64,000 nt of DNA. It comes from the human T2T-CHM13v2.0 reference genome, Homo sapiens. The stretch's first letter is position 1; the number at the start of each line of letters is the position of its first letter. The notes under the pieces are model-generated. The model was not told the origin of the DNA. It saw only the letters and a list, made by a program, of their open reading frames with translations, and did not search any database. The translations under genes were made by a program, and so were the position numbers. Of the stretch, positions 15,517-30,010 are shown in pieces. The DNA lies in NCBI RefSeq assembly GCF_009914755.1, contig NC_060933.1. The stretch is one strand, 5' to 3'.

Positions 15517-16675
15517 TCCTTATAGGGTTTTTATAGTTTTGGGTTTTACATTTAAGTCTTTAATCTACCTAGGCAGTACCATGGAGGACATAGGCACAGT
15601 CAAAGATTTCATGACAAAATCGCCAAGAGCAATTGCAACAAAAGCAAAAATTGACAAATGGGATCTAATTAAACTAAAGAGCTTCTGTGCAGCAAAAGAA
15701 ACTATCATCAGAGCAAATAGGCAACCTACAGAGTGGAAGAAACTTCTTGTAATCTATCCATCTGACAAAGCTCTAATATCCAGAATCTATGAGGAACTTG
15801 AATTTACAAGAAAAAACAAACAACCCCGTTAAAGAGTGGGCAAAGGACATGAACAGACACTTCTCAAATGAAGACATTCATATGGCCAACAAACATATGA
15901 AAATAAGCTCAATATCACTGATCCTTAGAGAAATGCAAATCAAAACTACAATGAGATACCATCTCACGTCAGTCAGAGTAGCAATTATTAAAACGTCAAG
16001 AAACTACAGATGCTGGAGAAGTTGTGGAGAAATAGGAATGCTTTTGCACTGTTGGTGGGAATGTAAATTAGTTCAACCATTGTGGAAGAAGGTATGGCAA
16101 TTCCTCAAAGATCTAGAACCAGAAATACTATTTGACCCAGCAATCCCATTACTGGGTATATACCCAAACGAATATAAATCATTCTATTACAAAGATACAT
16201 GCACGCATATGTTCGTTGCAGCACTATTTATAGCAACAACATGGAATCAAGCCAAATGCCCATCAATAATAGACTGGATAAAAAAAATGTGGTATATATT
16301 CACCATGGAATATTATGCAGCCATAAAAAGGAATGAGATCATGCCATTTGCAGGGACACGGATGGAGCCAGAAGCCCTTATCCTCAGCAAATTAATGTAG
16401 GAACAGGAAACCAGTTACAACACGTTCTTACTTATAAGTGGGAGCTGAACAATGAGAACACTTGAACACAGGGAGGGGAACAACACACACTGGGGTCTGT
16501 CAGGGACTGGGGTGAAGGATAGCATGAGGAAAAATCGCTAATGTATGCTGGGCTTAATACCTAGTTGATGTTTGATAGGTGCAGCAAATCACCATGGCAC
16601 ATGTTTAGCTATGTAACAAAACTGCACATCCTGCACATGTACTCCGGAACTTGAAATAAAAATAAAACAAAAAAA
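15517..16675 (+). mobile_element. 5'-truncated, 5'-inverted L1PA (approx. L1PA8-11): ORF2 3' end, 3'UTR and A tail
   Basis: Sense L1 from ~15567 to AATAAA/A tail; ~15517-15565 is antisense L1; degenerate TSD AAAATT(T)CAGA(C/T)G at 15505-15516 and ~16673-16685. Confidence 0.92.
15789..16400 (+). pseudogene. Open remnant of the L1 ORF2p C-terminal cysteine-rich domain (203 aa)
   Basis: [13 protein letters not shown]...[26 protein letters not shown]...[11 protein letters not shown] is the L1 ORF2p C-terminus; no EN/RT upstream. Confidence 0.85.
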
Positions 16676-16773
16676 ATTTCAGATGGATGTCAGCCTTACT
16701 TTTGATCTTTTGAAATTAATGTCATTTTTTCAGCTCATTATTCTTTTTATTTATTTTATATTTTAGGGAAAAC

Positions 16774-17258
16774 TATGGGAGTTCAGTCAGCGTTGTGGGA
16801 AAAATTATAGAAGAAAAACTATAAAGATAGTTATATGAAATAGACACAAACCTACCTTGAAGGCCGGGACGTTTGCATAGCGTCAGTAAAAGATTTGGCT
16901 GAAGGCAGCCTTATCCTCTTACCTTGAGTTAATAGGTTACAGTAGGCACAAAGGAATGTAAGAGAGTTTATCTAAATAGCTTATTTACTCATGTGGTCCT
17001 AAGACCAACCTTTGATCATTCACTGGCAGGATGGCTATCTCTTGGGGGAGGACAACGAGTTTAATTACCCACAGATGTGTTGACTCAAAGCCTTTGTCAT
17101 TTAATCTGTACTAAATAAATGTGAACTTCGCTGGCTTACTGAGGCCTATGCTGCAAATTTAGGCAGCGGAGCCCCTTAGCCATGCTGACAGGCAGAATAT
17201 CTGTCAGTGTATGTCTCTCATCTGTTGCTGGGTCAGGGTCTGAGGGACGGACCCCACA
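16774..17258 (+). mobile_element. Solo LTR22 (HERV-K22/HML-5)
   Basis: Starts T(A)TGGGAGTTCAGTCAG..GTGGGAAAAATT, ends GGGACGGACCCCACA; internal AATAAA ~17114; perfect 6-bp TSD GAAAAC at 16768-16773 and 17259-17264. Confidence 0.85.
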
Positions 17259-19594
17259 GAAAACAAAATACCTATTGCTTTATTCATAACTGAGACCCTG
17301 GAAAAATAACCAGTTAGTATGCTCAAGCAAGATATTGACAAAACTGAATATTCACTTGGTTCTTCTGAAAGTCAAAAAGTTTTATTACATTATAGGTCCA
17401 AACTTTTTTTTTTAAATTTTACTTAAGTTTCAGTGGTACATGTGGAGATTTGTAATATAGATAAATTGTGAATTATGGGAGTTTGGTATAAAGGTAATTT
17501 CACTGCTCAGGGAATAAGCATGGTACCCAACAGGTAGTTTTTGAATGCCCACCTTCCTCTCACCCTCCACTCTCAAGTAGACTCTGGAGTCTATTGTTCC
17601 CTTCCAAGTGTGCTCAATATTTCGCTTCCTTTTATAAATGAGAATATGCAATATTTGCTTTTCTATTCTTGCATTCATTTGTTTAGGTTTATGGCCTCCA
17701 GCTCCATCCATGTTCTGCAAAGGACATGATCTCATTCTTTTTTATGGCTGCATTTTATTCCATTAAATACATGTACCACATTTTCTTTATCCAGTCTGTC
17801 ATTGAATGACATTTAGGTTGATTTTATGTCTCTGCTATTGTGAACAGCACTGTGAGGAACATAGTTGCATATGATTCTTTACGGTAAAACAACTTATATT
17901 CCTTTGGATATATACTCAATAATGGAATTGTTGGGTCTAATGGTAGTTCTATTTTAAGTTCTTTGAGAAGTTGCCAAACTGCTTTTCCAAGTTTTCCAAA
18001 CAAATTTACATTCCTACCAACAATATGTAAGCATTCCCTTTTTTCTGCAATATTGCCAGCATCTATTATTTTCTGACTTTTTAATAATAGCCATTCTGAC
18101 TGGTATGAGATGGTATCCCATTGTTATTTTGATTTGCATTTCTCTAATGATTAATTATATTGAGCTTTTTTTCATATATTTGTTGGCTGCGTGTATGTCT
18201 TCTGTTGGAAAGTGTCTGTTCATATCCTTTATAATTGTTTTTTGCTTGTAAATTTGTTTAAGTTACATACAGATTTTGGATATTAGGCCTTTGTCAGATG
18301 CACAGTTTGCAAATATTTTCTTCCTTTCTGCGGGCTGTCTGTTTACTCTGTTGATAGTTTCTTTTGCTATGCGGAAACCCTTTAATTTAATTAGGTCCAT
18401 TTGTCAATTTTTGTTTTTGTTGCAACTGCTTTCGGCAACTTCATCAAGAAATCTTTGCCAAGACCTATGTCCAGAATGGCATTTCCTAGGTTTTCTTCAG
18501 GTATTTTTATAATTTTTGGTTTTACACTTAAGTCTTTAATCTATGTTGAGTTGATTTTTGTATATGATATTAAGAAGTTTTAATATTATTTACATCAGTT
18601 TCAATCATCTGCGTATGGCTAGCCTGTATTTCCAGCACCATTTACTGAATTTGAGTCCTTTCCCGTTGCTTGTTTTGGTAGAGTTTGTCAAAGAGCAGAC
18701 AATTATTAGTGTGCGGCTTTATTTCTGGGCTCTGTATTCTGTTGCATTGGTCATGTGTCTGTTTTTGTCCTGCTATCATGCTTTCTTGTTAAGTGTAGCC
18801 TTGTAGTTTGTTTGGTGTTGAGTTATGCAATGACTCAACTGTTCTTCTTCTTCTTAGGATTGCCTTGAATATTCAGCCCCTCTTTTAATTCCATGTAAAT
18901 TTTAGCATAGTTTTTTTTCCAATTCTGTGAAGAATGTCATTGGTAGTTTGATATAAATAGCATTGAATCTGTACATTTCTTTGGGCAGTATGGTCATTTT
19001 AACAATATTAATTCTTCCTATCCATGAGCATGGAATGTTTTTCCATTCATTTATCATCTCGGATTTCTTTCAGCAGTGTTTTGTCATTCTTTTTGTAGAC
19101 ACCTTTCACCTCCCTGTTTAGCGGTATTCCTAGGAATTTAATTTTTGTGTGTCTATTGTGAATGTGATGGCATTCTTGATATGGAACTGGGCTGGGGCAT
19201 TGTTGGTATATAAATACACTACTGATTTTTGTGAATTGAGTTTCTAATCCTGAAACCTTCCTGAAGTTTTTCATCAAATCAAGGAGCTTTGGTGCAGAGA
19301 CTGTGGAGTTTTTTAAGTATAAAACCATATCATCTGCAAACAGAGATAGTTTGACTTTGTCTCTTCCATTTGGATGCCTTTCATTTCTTTCTTGTCTGAT
19401 TTCTCTGGCTAGGACTTTCAGCACTGAGTTGAATAAGAGTGTTGCGACTGGGCATCCTTGTCTTGTTTCAGTCTCAAGGAGAATGGTTCAAGCCTTTGCC
19501 CATTCAGGATGATGTTGGGTGTGGGTTTCTCATAGATGGCTTTTATTATTTTGAGGTATGTTCCTTCAATGCCTGCTTTGTTGTGGGTTTTTTT

Positions 19595-19909
19595 TTTTGT
19601 TTTTCGTTTTTTGTTTTTTTTTTTTTTTTGAGATGTCGTCTCACTCTGTCACCCAGGCTGGAGTGCAATGGCTGATCTCAGCTCACTGCAACCTCCGCCT
19701 CCTGGGTTCAAGCGATTCTCCTGCCTCAGCCTCCCGAGTAGCTGGGACTACAGGCGCCTGCTACCACGCTCAGCTAATTTTTATACTTTTTTTAATAGAT
19801 GGGGTTTCACCAAGTTGGCCAGGATGGTCTCAGTCTCCTGACCTTGTGATCTGCCCGCCTCGGCCTCCCAAAGTGCTGGGATTAGAGGTGTGAGCCACCG
19901 CACCAGGCC
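19595..19909 (-). mobile_element. AluSc-like inserted into L1 ORF2
   Basis: GTTGGCCAGGATGGTCTC..CTGACCTTGTGATC; TSD TGGGTTTTTTT on both sides. Confidence 0.92.
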
Positions 19910-20176
19910 TGGGTTTTTTTTTCTTTTTTTAACACGAAGGGATGCTGAATTTTACTGAAAGCCTTTTCTGCATCTATTGAGATGATCATATGATTTTTGT
20001 TTTTCCTTCTGTTTAGGTGCTGAATCACATTTATTGATTTGCGTATGTTTAACTAAACTTTCAAAGCCTACTTGATTGTGGTGAATTAGAAGTTTAATGA
20101 GCTGCTGAATTTGGTTTGCTGGTGTTTTGTTCAGGATTTTTGTGTATATGTTCATCAAGGATATTGTCCTGAGGAT

Positions 20177-20180
<4 letters not shown>

Positions 20181-20225
<45 letters not shown>
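20181..20225 (+). repeat. (TG)22 microsatellite within L1 ORF2
   Basis: Perfect dinucleotide run. Confidence 0.95.
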
Positions 20226-20226
<1 letters not shown>

Positions 20227-23200
20227 TGCCAGGTTTTGATATCAGAATAATGCTGGCCTCATAGAATGAGCTAGGGAGGAGCTCTTCCTCCTCAATTTTT
20301 TGGAATAGTTTCAGTAGGAATGGTACCAACTTGCTATACATTTGATAGAATTTGACTGTGACTCCATCTGGTACTGGGCTTTTTCTGGTTGGTAGGCTTT
20401 TTATTAATAATTCAATTTGGCACTCATTGTTGGTCTGTTCAGTGTTTCAATTTCTTCCTGTTTCCATACTGATAAGTGGGATGTTTCCACTAATTTATCG
20501 ATTTCTTCTAGGTTTCCTAGTTTGTGTGCATAGAGGTGTTCGTAATAGTTTCTGAGGGTTTTTTTGTATTTCTGTAGGCTTGATGATAATGTTCCCGTTC
20601 ACATTTCTGATTGTGTTTATTTGGATATTCTCTCTTTTTTTCTATATCAGTCGAGTTAGTGGTCTATCAGTCTTATCAATCTTATTATTCTTTTAAATAA
20701 CCATCTTCTGTTTCATTGATCTCTTTTATGATTTTTTGCAACTGGATTTCATTTCACTCAGCTAAGATTTTGGTTATTTCTTGTCATCTGCAAGTTTTGG
20801 GGTTAGTTTGCTCTTGTTTTTTGTAATTCTTCAATGTGTGATGTTAGGTTGTTAATTTGAGATCTTTTTAACTTTTTGATGTAGATATTTAGCACTGTAA
20901 ACTTCCCTCTTTACACTGCTTTAGCTGTGTCCCAGAGATTCTGGTATGTTGCATCTTTGCTTCTATTAGATCCAAGGAATTTCTTGATTTCTGCCTCAAT
21001 TTTATTGTTAACTCAGAAGTCATTCAGGAGCAGGTTGTTCAATTTCCTTGTAATGATACAGTTTTGTGCAGTCTTCTTAGTATTTATTTCCATTTTATTG
21101 CACTGTGGTCTGAGCACATAGTTTGTATAATTTTGTGTTTTTTTCTGAATTTGCTGAGAAGGGTCATAGTCAACTGTGGTCAATTTTAGAGTATGTACCA
21201 TGTGCAAATGAGAAGGATGTACATTCTGTTGTCTTTGAGTGGAGTTCTGTAAATTTATATTAGGTTCATTTGGTCAAGTGTGAGTTCAATTCCCAAATAT
21301 CTGTGTTAGTTTTGTGCCTCAATGATCTTTCTAATAGTGCCAGTGGAGTGTTGAAGTCCCCCACTATGATTGTGCAGTTATCTAAGTCTCTTTGTGGGGC
21401 TCTAAGAACTTATAAATCTGAGTACTCTTGTTTTGGTTGCATATATACTTAGGATAATTAAGCCTTCTTGTTGAATTGAACCCTTTATCATTTTGTAATG
21501 TCCTTCTTTGTCTTTTGTGATCTTTGTTGGTTTAAATTCTTTTTTGTCTTTAATTAGAATAGCAATTCCTGCTTTTTGTTTGTTTGTTTTCTGTTTCCTT
21601 GGTAGATTTTCTCCTTCCCTTTACTTTGAGCCTATGGTTGTTATTACATGTGAGATGGATCCCTGGAAAATAGCATACAGTTTGGTCTTTCATCTTTATT
21701 TAACTTGCCACTCTATGCCTTTTAATTAGGGCATTTAGCCCATTTACATTCAAGGTTAATAATGATATGTGCAGATTCGATCCTGTCATTGTGTTGGTAG
21801 CTGGATATTATGCAGGCTTAATTGTGTAATTGCTTTATAGTGTCAATGGTCTGTGTACTTAAGTATGTTTTGGTGGTAGCCGGTAATGGTCTGTTTCCAT
21901 ATTTAGCACTCCCTAACTAACCTCTCCTAAGGCAAGTCTAGTAGTAATAAATTCTCTTAACATTTACTTGTCTGAATGGGATCTTAATTCTCTTTCACTA
22001 ATGAAGTTTTTTTTTTTGGCTGGATGTGAAATTATTGGTTTCTTTTCTTTAAGAATGTTGAATATATGTCCTCAATTTTTTCTGGCTTGTAGGGTTTCTG
22101 ATGAAATATCCACTGTTAGCCTGTGGGGTTCCCTTTGAATTGACCTGCCCCTTCTCCAGCTGCCTTTATTATTTTTGCTTTCATGTTGGCCTTGGAGAAT
22201 CCATTGACTATGTGTCTTAATGATGGTTCTTGTATAATATCTCACAGGGGCTCTGTGCATTTCCTGAAATTGAATGTTGGCCTCTCTAGTGAAGTTGGTG
22301 AAATTTTCATGGACAATCTCCTCAGAAGTTTTCCTCAAAAGTTTCCAAATGGTTTGCTTTCTCCCCCTCTTTCAGCAATACCAATGAGCCAGAGCTTTGG
22401 TGTCTTTACATAATCTCACATTTCTCAGAGGTTTTGTTCATTCTTTTTTACTATTTTTTCTTTATTTTTGTCTGACTGAGTTAATTCAGAGAAACAGTCT
22501 TTGAGCTCTGAGATTCCTTCCTCAGCTTTCTGTATTCTGTTGTTAATACTTGTGATTGTATTATGAAATTCTTGTAGTGTGTTTGTCAGCTTTATCAGTT
22601 CAGTTTGCTTCTTGCTTAAAATGGCCATTTTGTCTTTCAGCTCCTCTATTGTTGACATTGGTTAGACTGGGTTTTGACATTCTCACTCAATAGCCTTCAT
22701 TCCTGCCCATATTCTCAATTCTAGGTTTCTCATTTCAGCCATTACTGCCTGGTTTAAGAAACATTGCTGAGGAACAAGCATGGTTGTTTGGAGGTAAGAA
22801 GATCTGGCTTTTTGAGTTCCCAGAGTTCTTGTGCTAGTTCTGTCTTATCTGTGTGGGCTGATGTTCCTTCTATCTTTGAAGTTGCTGTCCTTTGGATGGG
22901 GATTTTTGCTTTTATCTTCTTTCAATCTTTGGTTGTTTAGTTGTGGTATAATGTGGACTCTGTTAACTGGTATGTTCTGAAAAATTTCAGAGGGCCAAGG
23001 CTCAACTCTGAGTTGCATGTTCTAGCTCTGGCGGACTGGCACGAGGTCCCCAGCTTTGTCCCCTGGACCCTTGAAGTTAAGAACCTGCTGCACTGGAGGG
23101 GCCAAGATGTTCCTGGTCCACTGGTCCCAATACTCCAGTGGGGATGCCAGCCAAAGCACTTCATAGAGAAGGAGGTGGCAACAGGGTCCATGTTAGCTTG

Positions 23201-23789
23201 CATGTGCCAGCAGCTATGGCAGCATGCACATGTGTTGACTGGGGTAAGGCATTGGAGGGAGCAGAGTGGTAGCGTCCATGTATGCATTCATGCCAATGGC
23301 AGTGCATCTAGTCAAATTAAATTCAAAACATTAATATCAAGACATCTCCAATAGCATATAACACAGAACAGTGACAACTGCCTATTTTCTTTCTCAGGAT
23401 CTGCTAGGATTTTCTCTTGCTCCTCTCTTTCCTCACTCTGTAAGGAAATTATGATCTGGACAGGACTACAAGACAGGCTCACAGAGAAGTCTTGGTTCAA
23501 ACACTGGCAGTAATGCTGGAGTAACAAATATTCATCATCTCTGGGTTAGGTGACAGCCTTGGTATGTACCCTCAGATCCATCAGTGGCTGATGTCATCTA
23601 TGGACTAGCCTACCATGCTCCATCACCAGACACTGCCAATTTCTACCGATCTTATTATTTTTTAGATGTTCATTTGTTCTTAGGTTTTAGACAGTTTCAT
23701 ATGGAAAGCCTAAAACAAACCAAAGTGTTTGAGCATATTTCATTTGCCTTAGTTTTTGAATTTCAGATTGGTGAAACAAACCTGTTTTC

Positions 23790-25200
<1,411 letters not shown>

Positions 25201-25212
25201 GATTTCAAAATG

Positions 25213-25812
25213 TAGTTGAACCTTAAACAACACTGGGCTTAGTGGTATTGACCCCTTGTGCCAAGAAAAAGCTATGTATCTTTTGACTCCCCAAAATCTT
25301 AACTACTAGTAGTCTATTGTTGACCTTATTGATAACATATTATTATATTAATATTATTATATATTAACATATTGACATATAATTAATGAATTATGAATTT
25401 TTAATTTAAAATTTATAATGTAAAAATAATATTTATATATTAATGTATAAGGGAAATATATATTAATATCAAATAACATATTCTTTATGTAATATTTATC
25501 ATATGCTATTGTTTTACAATAAAGTTAACTAGAGAAAAGAAAATGTCATTAAAAAAATGTATTCGTTAAGTGAAAATGAATCATCATAAAGGTCTTCATC
25601 TTAGTCGTCTTTACATTGAATAGTCTGAGGAGATGGAAAAAGAAAAGGGATTGATTGGTCTTGCTGCCTATGGAATGGCAGAAATCAAAAAAGGTGGAGA
25701 AGGTAGATGGGAGGCAGGAGAGGCAGGAATGCTCTCCTTACTGAAACAAACCCATGTGTAAGTGGTACCATGTAGTTTTCATTTCAAAACTATGTTGTTC
25801 AATTGTCAACTG
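25213..25812 (-). mobile_element. Tigger2-family element with an AT-rich internal expansion
   Basis: TIRs TAGTTGAACCTTAAACAAC and GTTGTTCAATTGTCAACTG; internal ATCATCATAAAGGTCTTCATC. Confidence 0.75.
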
Positions 25813-28067
25813 TGTGTGTATGTGTGTGTGGTCTGTGTGTAAAGTATTTTGTAATATTCATATGCACACATATATTCTACATATTGCATAAATTAATAAA
25901 ATTTCTTATACACACAGAAATGTAACATATTCCTACATATATGATATTTAATATTAAGTATTTTAATTAAGATGAAGAGTAAAGGATATCTAGCAAAATG
26001 GTGAAGATTCTATCATCACTATTTATGTTTATATATTCATTTAAAAGTGTGCTCATTTTCTGCCTGTATTTAAAAAGAGAAATATTTTCTGTATAGTGCT
26101 AATCAACATTTACATTTCAACTTATTCAATTTAATATGCCATAAATTCTAGTTACAACTTAGAATTTTATCTGTATATTTAAAACTTCCTTTTCATGTAA
26201 GAGTTTTTAAAGACCATGGTATAACTCTTCAGTAGAATTTTAGACTCCATTTAATTTTTTTGAATTTTGTTCATTTCATCAGCCTGTATTTAGCAATAAT
26301 GAATACCAATACCAGAAGATTGTCAGGATATTTGACCAACACACTTTTGTAAATATTTTTTAATGTATCTATCAAAAGTCACAGCTATGTCACAAAATGA
26401 ATTTTTAATTGAACAAGGTAAATTCTATGTTTGCTACTATAACTGCTTCCTAATGAAAAAAAAATCACATAATACCTAAGTATTCTTTTCTATGAAATTT
26501 CAAAACTAATTATGTTTTAAATATATACACTGAGTTATTGCTTATTAATTGCTGCCCCCCTCCGTCCACTCCACAATAGATTTCTCATAGTGTTAAAGTA
26601 CCTGACAATTACTCCTAGAAAAAAGAATACCAAAAAAGGAAGTCCTTTGTAAACTGGAGTAAATTAACCCCTTCGAAGTTTCTTTAAACTAAAAAACGTA
26701 CTTGTAATTTCTTATAAATTATCAAATGTAAGCAAACAGAACATTGCAGCCTTTTCTATGTTATGCAGAATGATCTCACCCTCCAGATCTTACAACACTA
26801 TACACATTATGCCAGCCTAGTTTTACGAATGTAATTTTCATCATTCTGTAAAAGGAACAGATATTACCTATACTTTTTAAATGAGCCTTATTTAACTTGA
26901 GGTTTCACGCAACAATTTGTTTTAAAGATTAGGCCCAGCAGACACCTGAATTCCTGCAGAATCATAAATCAGAGTGTGTGTTACTGCTCCACATGAAGGG
27001 AAAGAGGATGACAAATAAAAGCAATGTTAATTGACCACAATGAGGCAAAAATGATAAGGTAATTGTAATGTTAAATAGACAGAATTTTTTTTAACAAGGT
27101 TTATAAATGTCAGTTTAAAACCACAGGGTAAAATCAATTCTTCTCTGTGATACTTTTAGTATATTAACATAATTCTCCTCTCCTGTCAAATTCACCCAAT
27201 TTTGTTCTTCCAAAACCTATTTCTATTAAAATAAACCTCACAGCTCTCTGACGTATTATGTCTAATTTCCAGTAGACATTAATAATAGTTTTTGGGAACC
27301 CTTTGAAATGTATCTTTTGTTGTTGTAGTACATATTTTAAAGAGCAAAATACAGCTATGATTATTATATGCATACCATGTTAATCAAATACAACCATTTC
27401 TGCAACAACTATGTAATAGATAATAATTGACTAATAAAAATATGGTAATAATGTTGATGAAATAATAACCTGTCTGAAAAATTGTCCTTCTCTAAAACTT
27501 CCCTTTAGGTTTAAAAAATGTAGACAAACTGCCAAATCAGTTCCAATAATTTTATGTCATTGTAAATAATAGACTATAATTACATTCACTCATCTATTTC
27601 AACATATCCTATATTCACAAGCTTCCAAAATAAAATATTGTATTATAAATAGTTTTAAAGGGGAAGTATATGGCAGACTACATTGACAAATGAGGGTTGG
27701 TTTTGTTTTGTTTTGTTTTTTACCCAGCTACTGGAATTATTTAAATCAAATTAAAGACTGAGCATGATAATACAGTACGGAAATAAATACTCAAAGCACA
27801 CTGTGTCAGGCTTTCATAAAGTATAGTAAATGTCATGTATAAAAGGTATACCAGTTATACTAGTAATACATTTGTAGAAGAACACCTGAAATATAAATAT
27901 TGTAAATAATGATCATTATTCTGTTTTTAGCGGACTAAGTAAATCTACAATTACAATCATTTTAAAGAATAAGCCATGTGACTCTTGATATTCTTTACCC
28001 CCAAATTGCAATCTTTTCCCTTTCTGATGTGATCAACCAGCCAAGCCGTTTGCCATTGCTCATGACA

Positions 28068-28077
28068 CAGACACAGA

Positions 28078-28116
<39 letters not shown>
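28068..28116 (+). repeat. (CA)n microsatellite
   Basis: Visible run. Confidence 0.95.
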
Positions 28117-28118
<2 letters not shown>

Positions 28119-28149
28119 ATTTATCTTGTCACAAAAAGTGAATGACCAG

Positions 28150-30010
28150 GCTAACCACCAGATGTTCTTTACATCATGACAGGTTCTCTTCACTCTTGTC
28201 TTTTAGGCTTTTAGGTTTATCCTTGAACTGGTCTATAGATCATTTGACCTGCAGCAAAATACTAAGCCTACCCATTCATGAACCAAGTCTGATCTTGTTT
28301 CTCCATCATCTGTTCACAATGGAATGCCTCAGCTCCAATGCAGCTATAAATCTAAGTTAAGAGGGGCATCAGTAGTTGTCTGGGCTACCTGCTCCTACAC
28401 CTTATTTTTATTTTCTGATTCTCCTCATAAGCAATCAAGGAAATAACACTTCCATTTTACAATGGATTAATGCTGGCTTCATTTAAACTTTAAATACAGT
28501 AAGTCTGATACTTCCAGTTCCTAATGGGCAGCTCTAGCCCCATGGTCACTTGATATTTTGTGCTCGATGGTTTGTCTCTACCAAGGCCCAACAGCATGCT
28601 CACTATTTATGGACTAAGTACAATACTCTATTTCACTACCTGGTGCCCATATGGTCCCTCTAAGGGTGGAGTAGTGGTGATGGAGCAGTGAAAAGGCTTT
28701 AATGTCAATTCACACTTTTATCCCAAACCCTTAGAGTTTTAGACCCCTGCCCCCTCCTGCCCCCTTCTCTATTATTTAGTTATCTTTGCCAATGCAAAAT
28801 GGTGAATTTGGGAAAGGACTGAGGAAGTCATTACCAGGTATATTTTCTGTGGGGATTTGGCCTCTTTTTCAGTCAACGGATATGGGGTCTAAAGACTGCT
28901 TCAGTAATGGAAACTGGGAAAGGAACATAATTTTTTCCTTGAGGCAATAAATCTCAGACTCTTGATCATTTATCCTTGACTTTTTGTTTTATTACTTTTA
29001 TTTTGGCTTCAGAGGGTAAATTTACAGTTTTGTTACATGGGTACATTTTGATAATATATATTTAGCATTATCCCCAATCTTGGCTACCTATTTTATCCCC
29101 AGGCATGCCTTCTATTAATTTTTTGAACCTCTACTGCCACTTTAACCTTGCTGTGCATTGTAAAATTGTATGCACCATGTTTCTAATTGTTAAGCATCAA
29201 TATCTGGCCTCTAATATGTCAGGATCCTATAATCCCCATTGGTATCAGATTCCCTGATTATTTAAATAATCACTTGCTGTTAGTTTCAGCCAATAATAAC
29301 CTTCACAATTATGACCATGTGCTCTTCACCAACATATTACTTATTACTTTGTTTGGCAAATTTTGCTTAAGATAAACCCTGTGGTGCATAGCTGGGTTTC
29401 TACGTACCTATGACTTCAATGACTGCTGGTATAATGTAACATGTCTCCCTTAACAAGCCTAATCCTCTCTGCCTTTTATCCATCTTATACCATCTGCTAT
29501 GGAAATTCTCACATTTCTATATCATTTAATGAAGCATATCCCGTTTTTCAAGCTTGCAAGAGCCAAACTAAAATCGCTCAGCATTATCTACTGGGTTGCT
29601 TGTCAAAGTGATCATTTGTACATCACAGGAGTATATTCTTATGGTGATAAACTCTCCCTTATCTAACATTATGTCCTGCTCTCTGTTGATTCCTGCCAGC
29701 ACATATTGCCTAGGTTTTACACTATTTCAGGCTGTATTTCCTTCCCTTGCATAGGTAGCTCAGCATCTAAGAGCATGGCTGGGGTATGCTGTAAAATAAC
29801 TCTGGTTATAGATCAAACAGCCAGGAAGAGAGATGGGGGTAGATCCTGGGGAAGTGTTTGTCTTGAAAGACAGATGCCTCTGCAACATTAGGCCCTAGAC
29901 TTTAACAAGGAAGGGCCATTTCTATAAGCCCAGAGTCTTCAGGAGTACCTGGAAGTTTATTATTTTCTAATGTACAACACAGATGAAACCATCTCAAATA
30001 CCACATCCTG
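28150..30010 (-). mobile_element. Decayed ERVL/MaLR internal-region remnant
   Basis: More balanced base composition with motifs recalling antisense MaLR/ERVL internal sequence (GGTGCCCATATGGTCCC, CCCCATTGGTATCAG); no ORF support. Confidence 0.35.

Larger units (their letters stand above)
17404..23310 (-). mobile_element. Near full-length old primate L1 (L1PA13-16/L1PREC2/L1PB-like), ORFs disrupted
   Basis: Poly-T and 3'UTR at ~17404; minus-strand ORF2 fragments (VLAREIRQE..KLSLFADDMV RT motif; [13 protein letters not shown]; NNLLLND); ORF1 coiled coil (22425..22658) and ORF1 region 22072..22338; 5'UTR-like GC-richer end. Confidence 0.92.

Noticed and set aside
15789-16400. Longest ORF (203 aa) as a host gene
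   Set aside because: It is the C-terminus of L1 ORF2p in a truncated insertion, with no promoter and no EN/RT domains.
17404-23310. Potentially active full-length L1
   Set aside because: ORF1 and ORF2 are broken by many stops and frameshifts, an Alu and a (TG)n; the 5'UTR is CpG-depleted.
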